Source of the DNA: Guillardia theta CCMP2712
Taxonomy: Eukaryota; Protista; Cryptophyta
Assembly (NCBI RefSeq): GCF_000315625.1
Contig: NW_005434577.1
Coordinates: forward strand, 62,253-126,252
Reading direction: 5' to 3'
DNA length: 64,000 nt
A program made the position numbers and the translations under genes. Under the pieces are notes generated by a model. That model did no database searches. It saw only the letters and a list, made by a program, of their open reading frames with translations, and was not told the DNA's origin. This document shows, piece by piece, positions 39,801 to 53,933 of this stretch; within the stretch, counting starts at the first letter, position 1; each line of letters begins with the position of its first letter.

Positions 39801-42800
39801 TCAGGCCTGGTACGACCGAGCTTGACGGGTCTCTACACCTTCGTGCTTGGAGAGTCTTCATACGTGGAGTCAGAGAAGATTCGGATGTGGGTTGACAACT
39901 CTCTTATCATCGACCAGTGGACCTCGAGTTCTCCCACAATGACCAATGTGTCTGGTTTCGCCGACACGACATACGTCGGCACCTTCTTCATGCAGATGGG
40001 CAGATATTACGATATCTTTGCAGTCTACAGACAGACAGAAGTCTCTCCAGCTGTGAACAGAATCAAGCTTGGATGGAAATCACCGAGATCATCGAATGCA
40101 ACAACAATCTCTTCGTCCTACCTCTACCTCTCTTCGCATGTTCGTGGAAGTCCTTTCGCTGTAAACATTTGGTCAGCCTCTATATCTGCAGGCACTTCCA
40201 GGGTCTTTCAGCCAGGCTTGTCGCTAGCTACGGCAGGACGGAATGGGAACTTCATCATTCAGACAAGGGACGCCTTTGACAACCTCCGACACGACTCTCT
40301 CTCCCTCGTCAAGGGGACCGTGCTTGATTTCTCGGTCATCGCCAATGCTTCTCTTCCCAGGGACAACTCAGTAGAATTTCGGGTGCAAGACAGCAACCTT
40401 GACGGAGGGCTGGTCCTGCAGTCCATGAACGTGTCGTACCTCTCAGACGGCGTCTATCAGGCTACGTACGCCATGAACACGCAAGGAAGGTACAACATTC
40501 GTGGAAGGTTGCTCAAGAGCGGAGGAGTCTTTGGGAACTACTTTGAGAACGCTGACTTCTCCGACAACCCAGTCTCCCCTTGGGGCTACCTCACCAACCT
40601 CTCTCACTTTGTGCGGGTTGATCAGACTGTCAACTTCAACTGGATGGGGAACCTGAGACCCTGCGGCGACCCCCTAGTCATCGGCAAGAACATCGGGCCT
40701 GACTTCTTCAGCGTGCAGTGGAGGGGATACGTCCTGCCTGCTTACTCCGAAGTCTACACCTTCCATCTCACTGCCGACGATGGCGCGAAGCTGAAAGTGA
40801 ACGACCTTCTTGTAGCCAACAGGTCTGCAGGCTCCTGCGTGCAGGTGGATGGGACCATCGCACTGATGCAGGAGACTTTGTATCCCATCGCCATCGACTA
40901 CTACGAGTACGTCGGCAACGCTACGGTAACCCTGGAGTGGAGCAGTCGGTCCCAACCCAGGACTCTAGTCCCTTCAGATCGCCTTTACACATGGACTACT
41001 TCCTTCTTCCTTAGCGACTCCAATGCCCCGCTCTTCGTCGAGCCTGCACGACTCTGTGCTAGCACTTCCTCCGCCTTCGGAGCCCAACTCACCATATCCA
41101 CTGCTGGGAGCGCAAGCAGCTTCTTGATACAGAGTCGCGATCAGTTTGACAACAACCGCAAGGGTCCAGACAATGACCTGCCCCCTCAGACTTTCTCGAA
41201 GGCTCTCAAGGTGTGGAGCGGCACCCTCGTGCAAAACTCTGCCAACTCCTTCACTCTGGACGCTACTGCATCCAACTTCGACGGCTTCTACGGAGGGATG
41301 GGAATTCACTTTGACATGATGAGAACGGACGCTATGGTCATATCGCAGACCGGGCGATACATCACCATCAGTCGGTCTCTCTCCGCTCCTCTTGCTACCA
41401 ATGAACGTGTCACGATCTATGACCCTCGCTCGATGTCTCCTCAGGACAGAGAACAGTACGACTACGGCTTGCCAGGGTTTCATGCTTTCCTCTTCCCCGT
41501 CTCCGATCTCGACGCCTCGATCGTCCATGCCGTCCTTGACCGGCAGCCGAGCATTCAGTTTGCAGGGGGGTTGACAGCCACGTACTATGGACTTGACAGC
41601 TCGACAGGAGCCGTTCAGAGTGCGCTATGGAGCACCTCCTGCGGCTATGGAGCTCCGTGCGAGGAGACGATCGATTTCAGCTTGACATCTGGAGCGGTGG
41701 AGCGAACTTACGGAACTTCGTCTGTCAGGCCCTTCACAACAAGGGGATGGAAGGAGGCAGAGCAACTGGGAGGGGCTGCCTATCAAGTCCGATGGAATGG
41801 CTTGATTTCCTCTACCATCTCAGGGGTCTATACCTTCACCTCCTCCTTCTTTGACCCTTCGGTGAATCTCGATGACCGGGTCAAACTTTGGATTGACGAC
41901 GAGCTCGTTATAGAGCAGTGGGCCTCCCTGAGCAACCAGCTCCCCTCCGGCACCTTTCACTTCTCAAACTCGTACCCTCAAGCGTACAAGATCAGCGCGT
42001 ACTACAAGAATGTCAAGAACGTCACTGCCTCCGGCCTCCAGCTCACTTGGAATAGTCTGTCCATGGGCTCACCCAACCGCACGCTCGTGCCTTCAACTCG
42101 GATGTTCCCCCTCAGCGGCAGACACCTTGTCAGCTACACCTGCACGCGAGCTGGGGACTATCAGATGCACATCTCCTCAGCTGAAGGCTTCGGCCTTGAC
42201 GCCACGTTCTACAGCGACGTCGACCTGACGATCCCTCGCACCTCCCTAGTGATGGAGAGCCCCAAAACCAGCATGCTGGGCCCTGAGATCCTGCAGGGTG
42301 ACACATCTTTCTCTCTCAGGTGGGTGGGATACATCCGGCCGTACATCAACTCAGACTCATCGTCGTCCGCCGGAGACGTGTTCACCTTCCAGACCAACGT
42401 GTTGGAGACGGACGAGAAGGTTCGATTGTGGGTGGACAACGTCCTCTTGATTGACCAGTGGAACGTCAACTACGGGACTTCTTTCTCAACAACCACCGTC
42501 TTGCACGCGCCCCAGTGGTATGAGCTCAAGGTAGAGTACTCTCAGAACGGCGGCAGCGGCAGCTCTTTCAACCTACTGTGGAAGTGTGCTGTGCCGGGGG
42601 AGAGCTGCGCAACGGACGGTCTTGTGGACATATCGTCCAACAGGCTCTACAGGAGCCTGCATGTGATCGGTAGCCCCTTTCCTCCCTTCACGGTCTTCCC
42701 AGCTCCTACCTGCTCGTCCACCAGCACTGTGAGTGGCTCAGCCCTCAGCTCGGGAACAGCTGGGGTCGTTGACAGCTTCGTGATCGAGTCCTTTGATGAG

Positions 42801-45800
42801 TTTGGGAACAGTAGGAATGTCGGAGGCGATCGATACGTCGTGCGCGGCGTCCCCTTTCCCACCTGGAATGTCATGGAGCCTTATGCGGAGGTGCGGGGGT
42901 CACAGGATTGTATCGGTTGTCTCTCTAACATGCGGTCCAATGTGACTGACCTCGGGGACGGGAGTTACAGAGCTGACGTGGTGGGAAAGACGATGGGCTC
43001 GTACAAGGTTCTCACTGACCTCGCGCTGGGCGGCAGCCTGGTAGCGACTTACTACTCTTCCAACGGCAGCTTTGCGTTTCAGCGAGGACACAACGTGTAC
43101 TCCGTCTCTAACAACTCCCAGCTGCTCGACAGTCTCAACGACTTCGCCTCTCCTTGCCTGTACCGCAAGGAGTGGCCGGGAGTCCTTCCAGGAACGTACC
43201 AGTGCAGCGGTTGGATCTCAGGAAACGCGACAGGAGGGACGTCGAATTCTATCTCAGTACAAATGGACCTTTGGCAATCGCTAGTCCCCTACAGTGACTG
43301 GAGAGTCAAGATCATTGCGGGGACGTGTAGAGGGCAGACTAGAATCGTTCAGAGCAAGAGCGGTCAGTCAGTCCACGTCACTCAACCCTGGAACGCTGCG
43401 TCAGGGTCGTCCCCCGACGTTTTCAACACGTACGTGCTACAAGCTTACCAGGGGTGTCAAGCTCCCGACGGGACCTCGCAGTATGTCTTGTTCTCGGTCA
43501 CGTCCCCTCCTGGCAGCGTTCCTTCCTCGGCCTTTGGCGTGCGATGGTCGGGGTACCTTCAGCCAACTCTCCTGCCTCCTTACACGTTCCTGGCGACACT
43601 CAGCGACGCTGCATCGAACCAAGAGAGGATGAAGCTGTGGATCGACGACACTCTCATGATCGACCAGTGGGACTCGCTCTCGACCTTCGTCCCCTCTTGC
43701 ACCTTCCAGTTCACGAGCTACGGGGTTGACAACCTCTATCACCTCCAAGTGACTTACAAGCGGGGAGCCTCCACCTCCTCGCCCCCGAGGTTCAACCTCC
43801 AGTGGCTCAACTCCGACGTCCATGGATTCTCTCTTTCCCTCCTTCGAGAACGCGGTTCGAACCTGGACGCTGGCAGCGTGCTCACAGCCCTTCCCGTCCC
43901 CAACTCGGAGTACCTCTCGCTCGTTCCAGGCCCGACCTGCGCCTCCAGCAGTGAGACGGGCGGAGCCCAGCTGTCCCTCACCACAGCTGGAGTCCTCTCG
44001 TACTTCAGCGTCACAGCAAGGGACGCGTACGAGAACCTCAGAGGCCTTGACGAGGATAGTTGGTACGTCAAGCTAGAGCAGGAGAGCGGAGACAGGCATC
44101 GCGGGTATTATTTCTCGTATACCTCGGATCCTGGGACGTACCAAGTGCAGTACACAGTCACAGCAGGCGGGTACTACTCCGTTCATGTGGATCAGGCGAT
44201 TGCTGGTGGGCTGAAGGGAGACTACTACAACAACCTTTGGATGATTAGTCCGCCTTCACAACAGACTGTTGATGGACAGATAAACTTCAACTGGACAGAC
44301 TTGTGCGTTTCCTCAGTGTGCAACACTACGGTCGAGGGTCAGGTTGGCTGTAGCATGTCGGAAGACTATGTGAGTGTGGTGTGGAGTGGCTACTTCAAAC
44401 CCGAACTGAGCGACACGTACACGTTCTGGATTCAGAGCGACGACGGAGTGAGGATGCTGATCGAGGGAGAAGTTGTGATGAATCGATGGTGTACAGAGTA
44501 CGAGACAACCTCTGCCTGCTCCGTCGAGTCCGGCTACGGCGAGGCCAACGCCACTTACTCCTTAATGGCAAACCAGCTGTTTGAGATCAGGATCGAGTAC
44601 AAGGAGGTTACGGGCCAGGCTTCTATCAAGCTGGAGTATGGATCCTCTTCCATCCTCCGCCAGGTTGTCCCTTCCAGCAGACTCTTCCATTCCCCGTCCC
44701 CAGCTAAGGGCGGACCCTTCGACCTTTGGGTGGCCCCGAACGTTGTTTGCGCCAGCTTGTCAGATGTAGCAGGAGGTGGAATGTCGTTTATGACCGCAGG
44801 GTACTCGTCCCAGTTCACTATCTACTCCAAGGATGAGTACGGGAACGCGAGGGTTGGCTGGAGTGATCCTTTCATCATGCTAGCGAGCAACAGTCAAGAT
44901 TTGAACAACATCAGCACTGCTTCTATCCATGGAACGATCATGGCCAACCTGCTTCCCGGCTCCTACACCGTCTCCTTCACTCCCACGCAGTCAGGAAGAA
45001 CGGAACTGTTCTGTGACGTCCTTGTTCCAGGAGCTCTGTTTGCCACGTACTATGACTTCACTTTTGGCGACATGTACGAGAATTATCCAATCTTGTCAAA
45101 CTTGACAAGCAGCCTCTCAACCGACACGCTGAATCACACAAATTTTGTCTTCCCCTTCGTTGTCAAGTACTCTGGTTTTGTGCGAGCTACTTCAACGTCC
45201 ATGTACACGTTCAGAGCGTCGAAGCAAGCTTCTTCGATCGCATACTCGGATCGGGTCAAGTTGTGGTTGAATGGAGAGCTGCTGATTGATCAGTGGAACT
45301 CTTTGACTACTTGGCCTCCAATCAAAACATTCTCATTCCCAGTATCTTACGAGTACTATGAGATAGAACTTCTCTACCAGTACAATGATGGAGCGATCAG
45401 AAACTTTGAGTTTCAAGTCCAGGGCTCAAGCACTTTTTCATCGCTGCCAAGGGATAATTTGTTTCGCGGAATACCGCTAAGACCTTCTTGGTTTGCCGAT
45501 GTCCAGCCAGCTTTGACAGATCTTGACACTTGTCAGTTTCTTGGAAATCAGCTTTCAGTGTCTACCGCTGGGGTCCTGTCTTCATTCTTGATCATAACGA
45601 AAGATGTGCATGGTAACAATCGTAGGACAGGAGGAGATAAGTTTCAGGCAAGTTTCCTTCCTGTTTCACCCTTCCATCGCCTGATACGTTTTGCACAGCT
45701 ACAAGCTATCACTGCTGTTCCGAGCAACAACAGCATCATCTATCCCATCGTGAATGACATGCAGAGCGGGACGTATCAAGTGATGTATGTTCCAAAGACA

Positions 45801-48800
45801 TCTGGAACGTATCAGCTTTCTGCCTTCCTTGGCTCGACTAGATCGTTGTTCACCTTCCATGTCTATCCAGGTACTCCTGCGGATGTTTGACAAGCCGTTG
45901 ACATCTTACTTCTCGTTTGCGCAGGTGTAGTCGATTCTTTGACATCCGACGTCCAAGGAGACTCCCTCTCTGTCGCAACGGCTGGGTTTTCAGCAACCTT
46001 CACCATCCAGTCGAAAGATTCCTTTGAGAACTTGAGGATTGTTGGAGACGACTCGTTCGTCTCGAAGCTGATCTACCACGATAACATGCACAGCAACAAC
46101 GTCTCTTTCAACCTGCGATCCCGATACATCGGACAGAGTCCGTCTACCAATCTTGGAAGGTGGGTCACAAGCTACAGGGCTTCATACTCCGGAAATTACT
46201 CCATCGACGTCAGAATCGCCCAGCAGAATGGTCTGAACACGACATACTTCTCGGATTCAAACCTCACGATGCCAACTTTCTCATCCATCGATGACAACAT
46301 AGACTACGATTGGGGGAACCAGTCTCCTTACCAGAACGGCTTCTCCGACGAGTTCGGTGTAGGGTGGAAAGGTTTCCTGCGAGCAAGGTATGAAGATGTA
46401 TACACCTTCCAGATTCAGCTTCCAAACCCTCTCGAGAGGGTCAAGTTGTGGGTCGATGACGAATGGATCATCGATCAGTGGTCCAGCCTTGAGACTACTG
46501 CGCCGACTGGAACTTTGTTCATGAGCAGCCAAATGCTGGTCGACGTCGAGATGCAATATCGAGCAAACGTTGGACAGTCCAAAGTCCAGCTCTGGTGGAA
46601 CTCAGTCAACCAAGTAGGTGAAGTTATCCCTAGCTCCAGCTTCTTCGCTTCCTCCGTACCCATCAAAGGCAGTCCCTTCGGCCTCTCAATCTTCCCTGCA
46701 CTGTCCTGTGGCTCAACGTCGATCGCCAAGGGAGACGGGCTGTCACTGTCGACCGCTGGATATCCCGCTACGTTTCAGATCATTGCTAGAGATCACTTGA
46801 ACAATCTCAAGACAACCTCGTCCGACAACTTTGTGGTGCGAGTGAGGCACAATCAAAACTTCACCTTGAGAGACATCCATGGGACGGTGGAAGCGAACTC
46901 GAATGGTCCGGGCAGCTACAACGTCTACTACACTCCCACATGGAAGCGAGATGCAAGGTCTTACTTCCCAGGCGACGGTAACAAGCCTTACCATGACGTC
47001 ACGATCGAGTTGGCTCTGCAGGGGGCAATCATGGCAACTTATTACTCTCACCAAGATTTCTCGAGTCCCAACCAAACAAGCCTGCAAGAGTCGCTAGCTC
47101 AAGATTACGGTAAGTCTGACATCCTCCGGTAGATGATATCATAACCTTCGCTGACTGAACCACACAGACATTCAAACTTCAATGCAACTTTCTCCGTCCA
47201 ACGGATTCACCGCAAGGTACCTCGGATACATCTTGCCTCCTGGTGTTCAGCGATATACATTCACAGCTCAGTTACCCAATCAAAATGATCGTGTGAGAAT
47301 CTGGCTTGAAAATTTGCTGGTTATAGATCAATGGATGTCACTCAGCGCTACTTTACCATCAGGAACCCTTTCAGTCTACTCCGACGATCTTCATTCTATC
47401 AAGGTTGAGTACAAGCATGTAGCTGGAGGAAGCGCAGGTATGGGGCTGGTATGGGAATATGAGCTGCAGGAGCAACCCATTCCCAGCTCCCGCCTGTTTC
47501 ATGGACATGAAATCTCGTTGAAGACTGTAGCTGGGCAAGGGCTGGCTGCCACGTACTATGACAACTCATCGATGATTCCCTCTTTCTCACCTGTGGACTT
47601 GGTCTTGGACTGGTCTGGAGACGTGACTGACCGGCCGTATCCGACCAGCCTTCCCGATACAAGCTTCAGCGCTCGCTGGGCGGGATTTGTGAAGCCGTCA
47701 CGTTCAGATCAGTACACATTCTTTGTGACCCTGGGAGGCTGCGAGTCGATGGATACTTGCAAGAACTTGACATCAGAGCGAGTGAGACTTTGGGTTGATG
47801 ATGTGATGATTATCGATCAGTGGGCTTCCCTCGAGAGTATGGAGCCCCTTGGAACATACACCTTTCCAGAGGGAGAGGAGTTGTACAACGTTGCGATGGA
47901 GTATAAGGTCGTGCAAGCTTATCAAGAGCGCAAAGGCTTCTCGTTGAAATGGGAGAATCTCGCGGGGAGGGTACCGCTGACGAGGAAGGACGGATCGGTC
48001 GACTCAGGACAGGTGGGAAAGAGCGCGATTTCGTCGGATAGATTGTTCCAGACGATGGCGACAAAGACGGTCGAACGGGATGACTACACGATATGGGACA
48101 CAGATTTCTATGATCCTTCTTACAAGTTCCAACAGAACTTTAAGTCTCCTACATTCGGGGGATGGGACAGGCTGGCAGGGTGTCCTGGAGTCCTGCAGAG
48201 GGAGTCTTGGAAGCAGTACGTCTGCAGAGGGAAAGGATTGAGCGACAACATGGCCGCACAGGTGATAGTCAGCCCAGGAGGTGAAAGTGCAGCACAATCG
48301 ACTTGCTCGGGGGATTCTCTTACGGTCTCGACTGCTGGGCTCCTAAGGACTTTCTCTCTGACAGGTAGGAAAAGCAGTTTTGACAACCCGAATGGTGACG
48401 TTGGTGTTTGACAGCTCGAGATTCTTACGGGAATCAGAGAGACGCGGTAGACGACAGCTTCACGGCCAAGGCGACGCTCTACGACGAGAAGTCCAAGAGT
48501 TTGGTACGAGTGTTCTCCTCCTTCTTCAACGAGCTTCAAAACGGGATGTCGCCTCTTGTACAACCGATTTCATCCAGCTTCCTCTCGTGGGACTATGCCG
48601 GTATACCTTGACATTTTTCTCCCTCCTCGCTTCGTTCTAATGTCCTCCTTCTAGGCCGCTACATCGGCAACTATGTCGCAACCGTCTCCGGCTTGTACAG
48701 CATGGCTGTGGACTCGCTACAATCTTCACCGCACGGCCTATCGGCTGTAGTCTTCACCTCAAAGACCATGGACGGGATCGCTGATCAACAGTACAGCAGA

Positions 48801-51800
48801 ATCGACGATGAGATAAACTTCAACTGGGGATATCAGGGCCCAGCTGTCGATCCTTCTTCGTCCTCCTTCGTCGTGATCCGTTGGAACGGCTTCCTGTGGT
48901 TCCCTTTCAAAGACGATGTTGTTTTCCATGTCTCCTCCGACGGGCCGGTCAAACTTTTTCTTGACACCCAGCTCATCCTTGAAACGTTTGGGGGCACCAA
49001 CGGAAGTTCGACGGTTCTCAGCTTCATGCCACAAGTTTACTATGACATCCATCTCGAGTACAGGCAACAGTCCTCACCATCCTATCTGTACCTCAGCTGG
49101 AGTGTTCCTGGAGTGATGGAAAAGCAGATCATCACTAGCGAGTACTTCTTCTCGGGGAGCAAACTGATCCAAGGAGGACGTTCGTCCCTCGCTATCCATC
49201 CTGCTCCTGCTTGTTCTACCGCTTCCACCTTCCTCATCTCCCTTACCATCGCCACGGCAGGTGTGCCTGCCTCCTTCACGGTGATCTCAAGGGATCAATA
49301 CGGGAACGTGCGCGATGACGGGTATGACTACATGCTGGCAGCTGTCATTCCCAGCAACCTCTCCCTGCCCAAGGCTCGCATGCCAACGTCAATCTTGAAC
49401 GCCAACGGGAGCGTCGGAGTGTTTGACACCTTCGGGGTCTTCAAGTTTGCTCCGGAGAACAGCCTCGGTCAGCTGGACTCTTTCGGCTTCCTAGCTGGGA
49501 ACCAGCACAGGTTCTCCTACGTCGCCACGTCAGCTGGAAGCAATCAGATCATGGTGAACTTGCTGTGGCAAGAGGGAATACCCGGACAGGTCAGTGCGAT
49601 TCGGATCCTCAGTGGTGGAGGAGGATATCTCAACGCTAGTGGCGGGGTCGGGATCTTGCCGCTGGTCGTTCAATGCACATACCCGTGTGAAGGAACAGGT
49701 CTCAACGGCACTTGCACTGTTCGAGACGGGGTTGTGGTAGAGGTGAACGTATCCAGCGCTGGCGTGGGATACCTCATAAACCATCCCCCTCTCTGCTTCT
49801 GCAATGATCAGGGTTCAACCCCGGCAGTACTACACGTCTCAATCTACTCCTCCTCTTACCACGATCTGCTCGGAACAGGACTCATGGCTACGTATTACTC
49901 GAGTGTTGACTTCAGTCAACCGACGGTCTCTTTCCACGACGATCTACCAGTCATTGAATCCGCAAAGCTCGCAATGCTCGGTCCGATCTCCAGCGCAGTC
50001 TGGGAAGGTATGATAAGACAGTCGACAGAGGAAAAGATTGTCGCTATAGACCTCCTCTCAGTCAATGAAAGAGCCAAACTGTGGATTGACGACCTTCTGA
50101 TCATCGACCAGTGGACGTCACTCAGCTCGTCAACCATCGAGCGTCAAGTCACTTCGGCATTGATAGGGACTGAAGTGAGAGAGTTCTTGAACATCCGTGT
50201 GGAGTATGAGTGCCTTGCGACTTCATCCATGTAAGGCAGCTCGTTGTTCTCGATCTGTCCTGACTTGACCCCTTCAGTGACTCGTCACCCTGTCAGCTCA
50301 ACCTGACATGGGCTGATCCCAACAGCACTATGGCTCCTATTCCTCGCATCTCCTTGTTCCCCAAGACTGCAGTCGCCGACCTTCCAACATGGATCACGGT
50401 GACCCCCAACCTTCCCAGCGAGATCTCTACAGTCCACGGGTATACTTTGAACTTCTAATGATAAAGGTCTGACGGCTAGTTCAGAATCGGATTGACCATC
50501 GCCACAGCCGGGATAACGTCCTCGTTCAGAGTTGTCCTACGAGATGTGTACGGCAACGTGAGGTGGGGATACGACGATGTAGCTGTCGCCCGACTGTGGA
50601 CTACGGCATGCGCAATGGCTCCTTACAATCACACTTGTCAAGACTTGATCCCTTCGGTGTTGTACGAGAACTTTGACCACTATGACCGTCTTGATGGTAC
50701 GACCTGGGACGTCCTGCTGACCGTCCTGACTTTTTTTTAGGCTCCCCGTTCCTTAGTAGCGATCTTGTCAACATGACTCAGACTGACTCTTGCAACCTCC
50801 GATCGTTCTCAGCTCCTATCCCAGCTGCCTGGAACCTCTCCATCGTCGAACAGCACGTCTATGTCTCCTTTGCCGGTGGAGCGTGCGAAGGCAGGTGGAC
50901 TAGGGTGTCAGCTGTCAACGGAAGTTGCCTCGTGCTCAACGACACGGCCTGGGACGACGGGCAAGTCCCATGTGTGGACGAGGGACCCTTGGCCTTCCAC
51001 CTCTCCTACGGCCCATGGGCAATACCAGGCTTCCCTCCCCTTGCGTGCCCTAACTGTCCGAGACTAGTCAGGTCGTTGTACACGCCATCGACAGAGGAAG
51101 GCGTGTACGATGTTGTCTACACGCCTACTCGAAAGGGACAGTACAGTGTTGTGACTTCTATCGTCGGAGACGTCGGGCTGTTTGCCACGTACTACTCGAT
51201 GGATTTCAACGCGATTGGCAAGCCTGTCGGGAGCTCCACATGGGCCAAAGGAATGGAGAACGAGTTTGCGGTAGACTGGTCGTCGAATCCAAACATACAG
51301 TCACCAGGTATCGATGTCTAAGAACATTGCTCCTCTGCTGCTTCTTGTAGTCTTCTCCATTTTCATGCTCCGCTCTCATGCCGCTTTCTGTCGCACATTG
51401 AATCACATGGAATGACTTGGATTTCTCAGCTCCTCTCGGTTCCACTCCCAACTCCTTTGCCATGAGATGGACCGGGTTCTTGAACGTCGACGAGGCGGCA
51501 GAGCAGAGGTTTGAACTTCAGCTGGGGGGAGGCAGCGGCAGGTCGACGACGTCGGAGAGGGTGAAGATGTGGATTGACAACAGCATCATCATCGATCAGT
51601 GGAGCTCCCTGGCCGTCATGAATCCCACAGGATCGATAGGTACGTATCCACACAGAGCTGAGAAATCTGTGGAGAGACATGATTCTTCCCACTGCTTACG
51701 GTTTGACGAGAGCTCATATGAATGATATTCATGTCAACAGGATTCGGCATTAGAGGAGGATTCTATGATCTAAGTATCTTGTACAAGGTGATTTCAAGTC

Positions 51801-53781
51801 TCCGACCTCCATCTCTTGTCTCTTACACTTCACACAGTGCATGGACAACAACCTGGGCTGTGGCGTCACTCTCAGAAGGAATTCAACCCTACTGAAAAGG
51901 GTTCCCGGCAAGCAAGTCTATCATAGGATCGACGTCCCGAACCCGCTCGGAGATCTGCTTGTGCGGGCTGCTGTTACGTGCGCATCGAGAAGGTAACCTG
52001 CTTGCAAGTTAGTCGACATCTTGTGACGTTCATCACAGTTTTGCGTTCGGCGCTCAGCTCACCATCGCAACTGCTGGAGTCGAGGCTTCCTTCCTCGTTC
52101 TGTCAAGGTGACGAGGCTGATGGAAAGTGCGAGACTTCGTGACGGGAGTGCGGCAGAGATGCGTATGAGAATATCAACGATCACTTCACCCCAGAGTTCA
52201 AAGTCATTCTTGAAGGACAAGGTGAGAAACTCTCTCATCTCGTCTCACCTCATCGCCTCCCAAGGTGCCGTGCCCGTCTACCAGGCCAAGGTCAAGCTCT
52301 ACCAAGAACCGCAGGGGTTGTACTCAGTGCACTATACTGCCAACGAGGCGAAATCTTATACAGTAATTTGAATTGTTCATCCTCCATTTCGGCTTGACGA
52401 ACCTGGCAGGTGATGGCTCGGCATGGCCTCATGAACCTTCAGGGAGGGCCCTATGTGCTGCTTGTCAAGCCCAACACATTCTGCGCGTCAAAGAGCACGA
52501 TGACAGGCAGCGGTTTGACCCTCGCTCAAGTGCTGCCAGCTGTCAGCACGTTTGAGATTCAGCTCCGAGACTCGTTCTCCAACAGGAAGACCAGCTCTAC
52601 CAACGTGAGTCCCTTCCCAGCTGCTGAGCAGCTGAGGGAGATCTGACGGCTGCGTCAGGAGCGCGGACGGTTTGCTCTGCGCGTCACGAGGGACTTCTGG
52701 CCTCCGATTGACAACTCCTACATTCTCTCTGAGAGTGACATCGCTCTTGCCAAGCAAGGAGTACTTCCCACCGTCCATGCGCTGCTCGCTGCTGACGGAA
52801 ACGTAAAATTTCTCTAAACTTCCAGCTCCTTCTCGACTGACTTGCTCTCAGAACGGCACCCTCCAAGGATCCTACTCCCTATCTCCCTCTCCTTGGAGCT
52901 ATGCCGTCACATCGCGCTTCCTGGGATCGTGGGGAGCAGTAAGACCAGTCCCTCTCCTCCTCCACAGCCACTGACCTCTTGCTGTAGCCTGGCAGGCTGG
53001 ATGCAACATACTACGACACAGAAGGCAACATTTTCGTCAACTCGAGCTTCTTGGATGGAGCCTCCCATGACGTCCTGCAAGGTGAAGCTCCCAGCTCACT
53101 CCGCTCCTCCTCCTCCTCCTCTCCTGACGTCTCCCCTCCCCCAGCACAAGGACTGGCCAGCGTGTCCTGGAGTGGTTTCATCTCAGCTTGTTCAACGATC
53201 TCATCATCAAACGCCTCTTCCTGCCTGTTCGGATCGGAGAACCCTCGGACGTTGCGATGGAACCTGACGTCTTCGGCCGATCGCATCAAGGTACAGGAGC
53301 GATTTCTCAGCTCCTCCCCTCACTGCTGTTCCACCAGCTCTGGATCGACAACAGCGTCATCATAGACCAGTGGACGTCGCTTGCAAGCTTGCAACCGCAA
53401 GGTGAAAAACTCCTCCTCCTCCTCCTCCTCCTCCTCCTCCTCCTCCTCCTCCCACAATCTTCTCCTCCACCTCCCTCCCACCTGGTTCTCCTCCTCCCAC
53501 CTCGTTCTCGTCTCTCCTCCTCTCTCCTTCCCGGTTCTTCCTCTTGCTCTGTCCCCCTTCTCCTCGTGTTCTCCCCTCCTCCCCTTATCCTCTTCTCCTT
53601 GCTCACTGTCTGTGTCAGGTACAATCGTCTTCCCCGACGACCTCACTCTCCTAGACATCGTCGCGTATCACAAGGTACCCTCTCTTCATCCTCCTCTCCC
53701 TCTTCTCAACCGATTGAGTCCAGCCGACTATGGCAGAGGTTTGACCTGGTCAACTCGCCGTTCCCCGTGACCCTTGCGTGA
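36842..53781 (+). CDS. Giant secreted filamin(ABP280)-repeat / PA14-domain protein, about 5,000+ aa, multi-exon
   Basis: Signal peptide MRQEMIVAVMLLGWSIRSSVA; recurrent ATAG..F.I..KD..GN.R..GGD.F...DG.Y...Y....G.Y (filamin Ig) and GL.ATYY...F.VRW.G...YTF...RV.LW.D....IDQW (PA14); ORFs 36785, 39570, 45939, 47182, 48693, 50773 etc. joined by short GT-AG introns; ends ...NSPFPVTLA*. Confidence 0.88.
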
Positions 53782-53933
53782 TTCTGCTGCTCGAGCTGTA
53801 TGTGTAGATGAAGTCAGTAAGGTTAATGTAAATATCTGAAGCAGTCCTCCGGTCCTTCTTTGACTGATGGATCTACTTCTGCTGAGAAGCTTCATCTGTC
53901 ACCAGCTAGGGGCAGTGAGTCGATGGTCAAATA

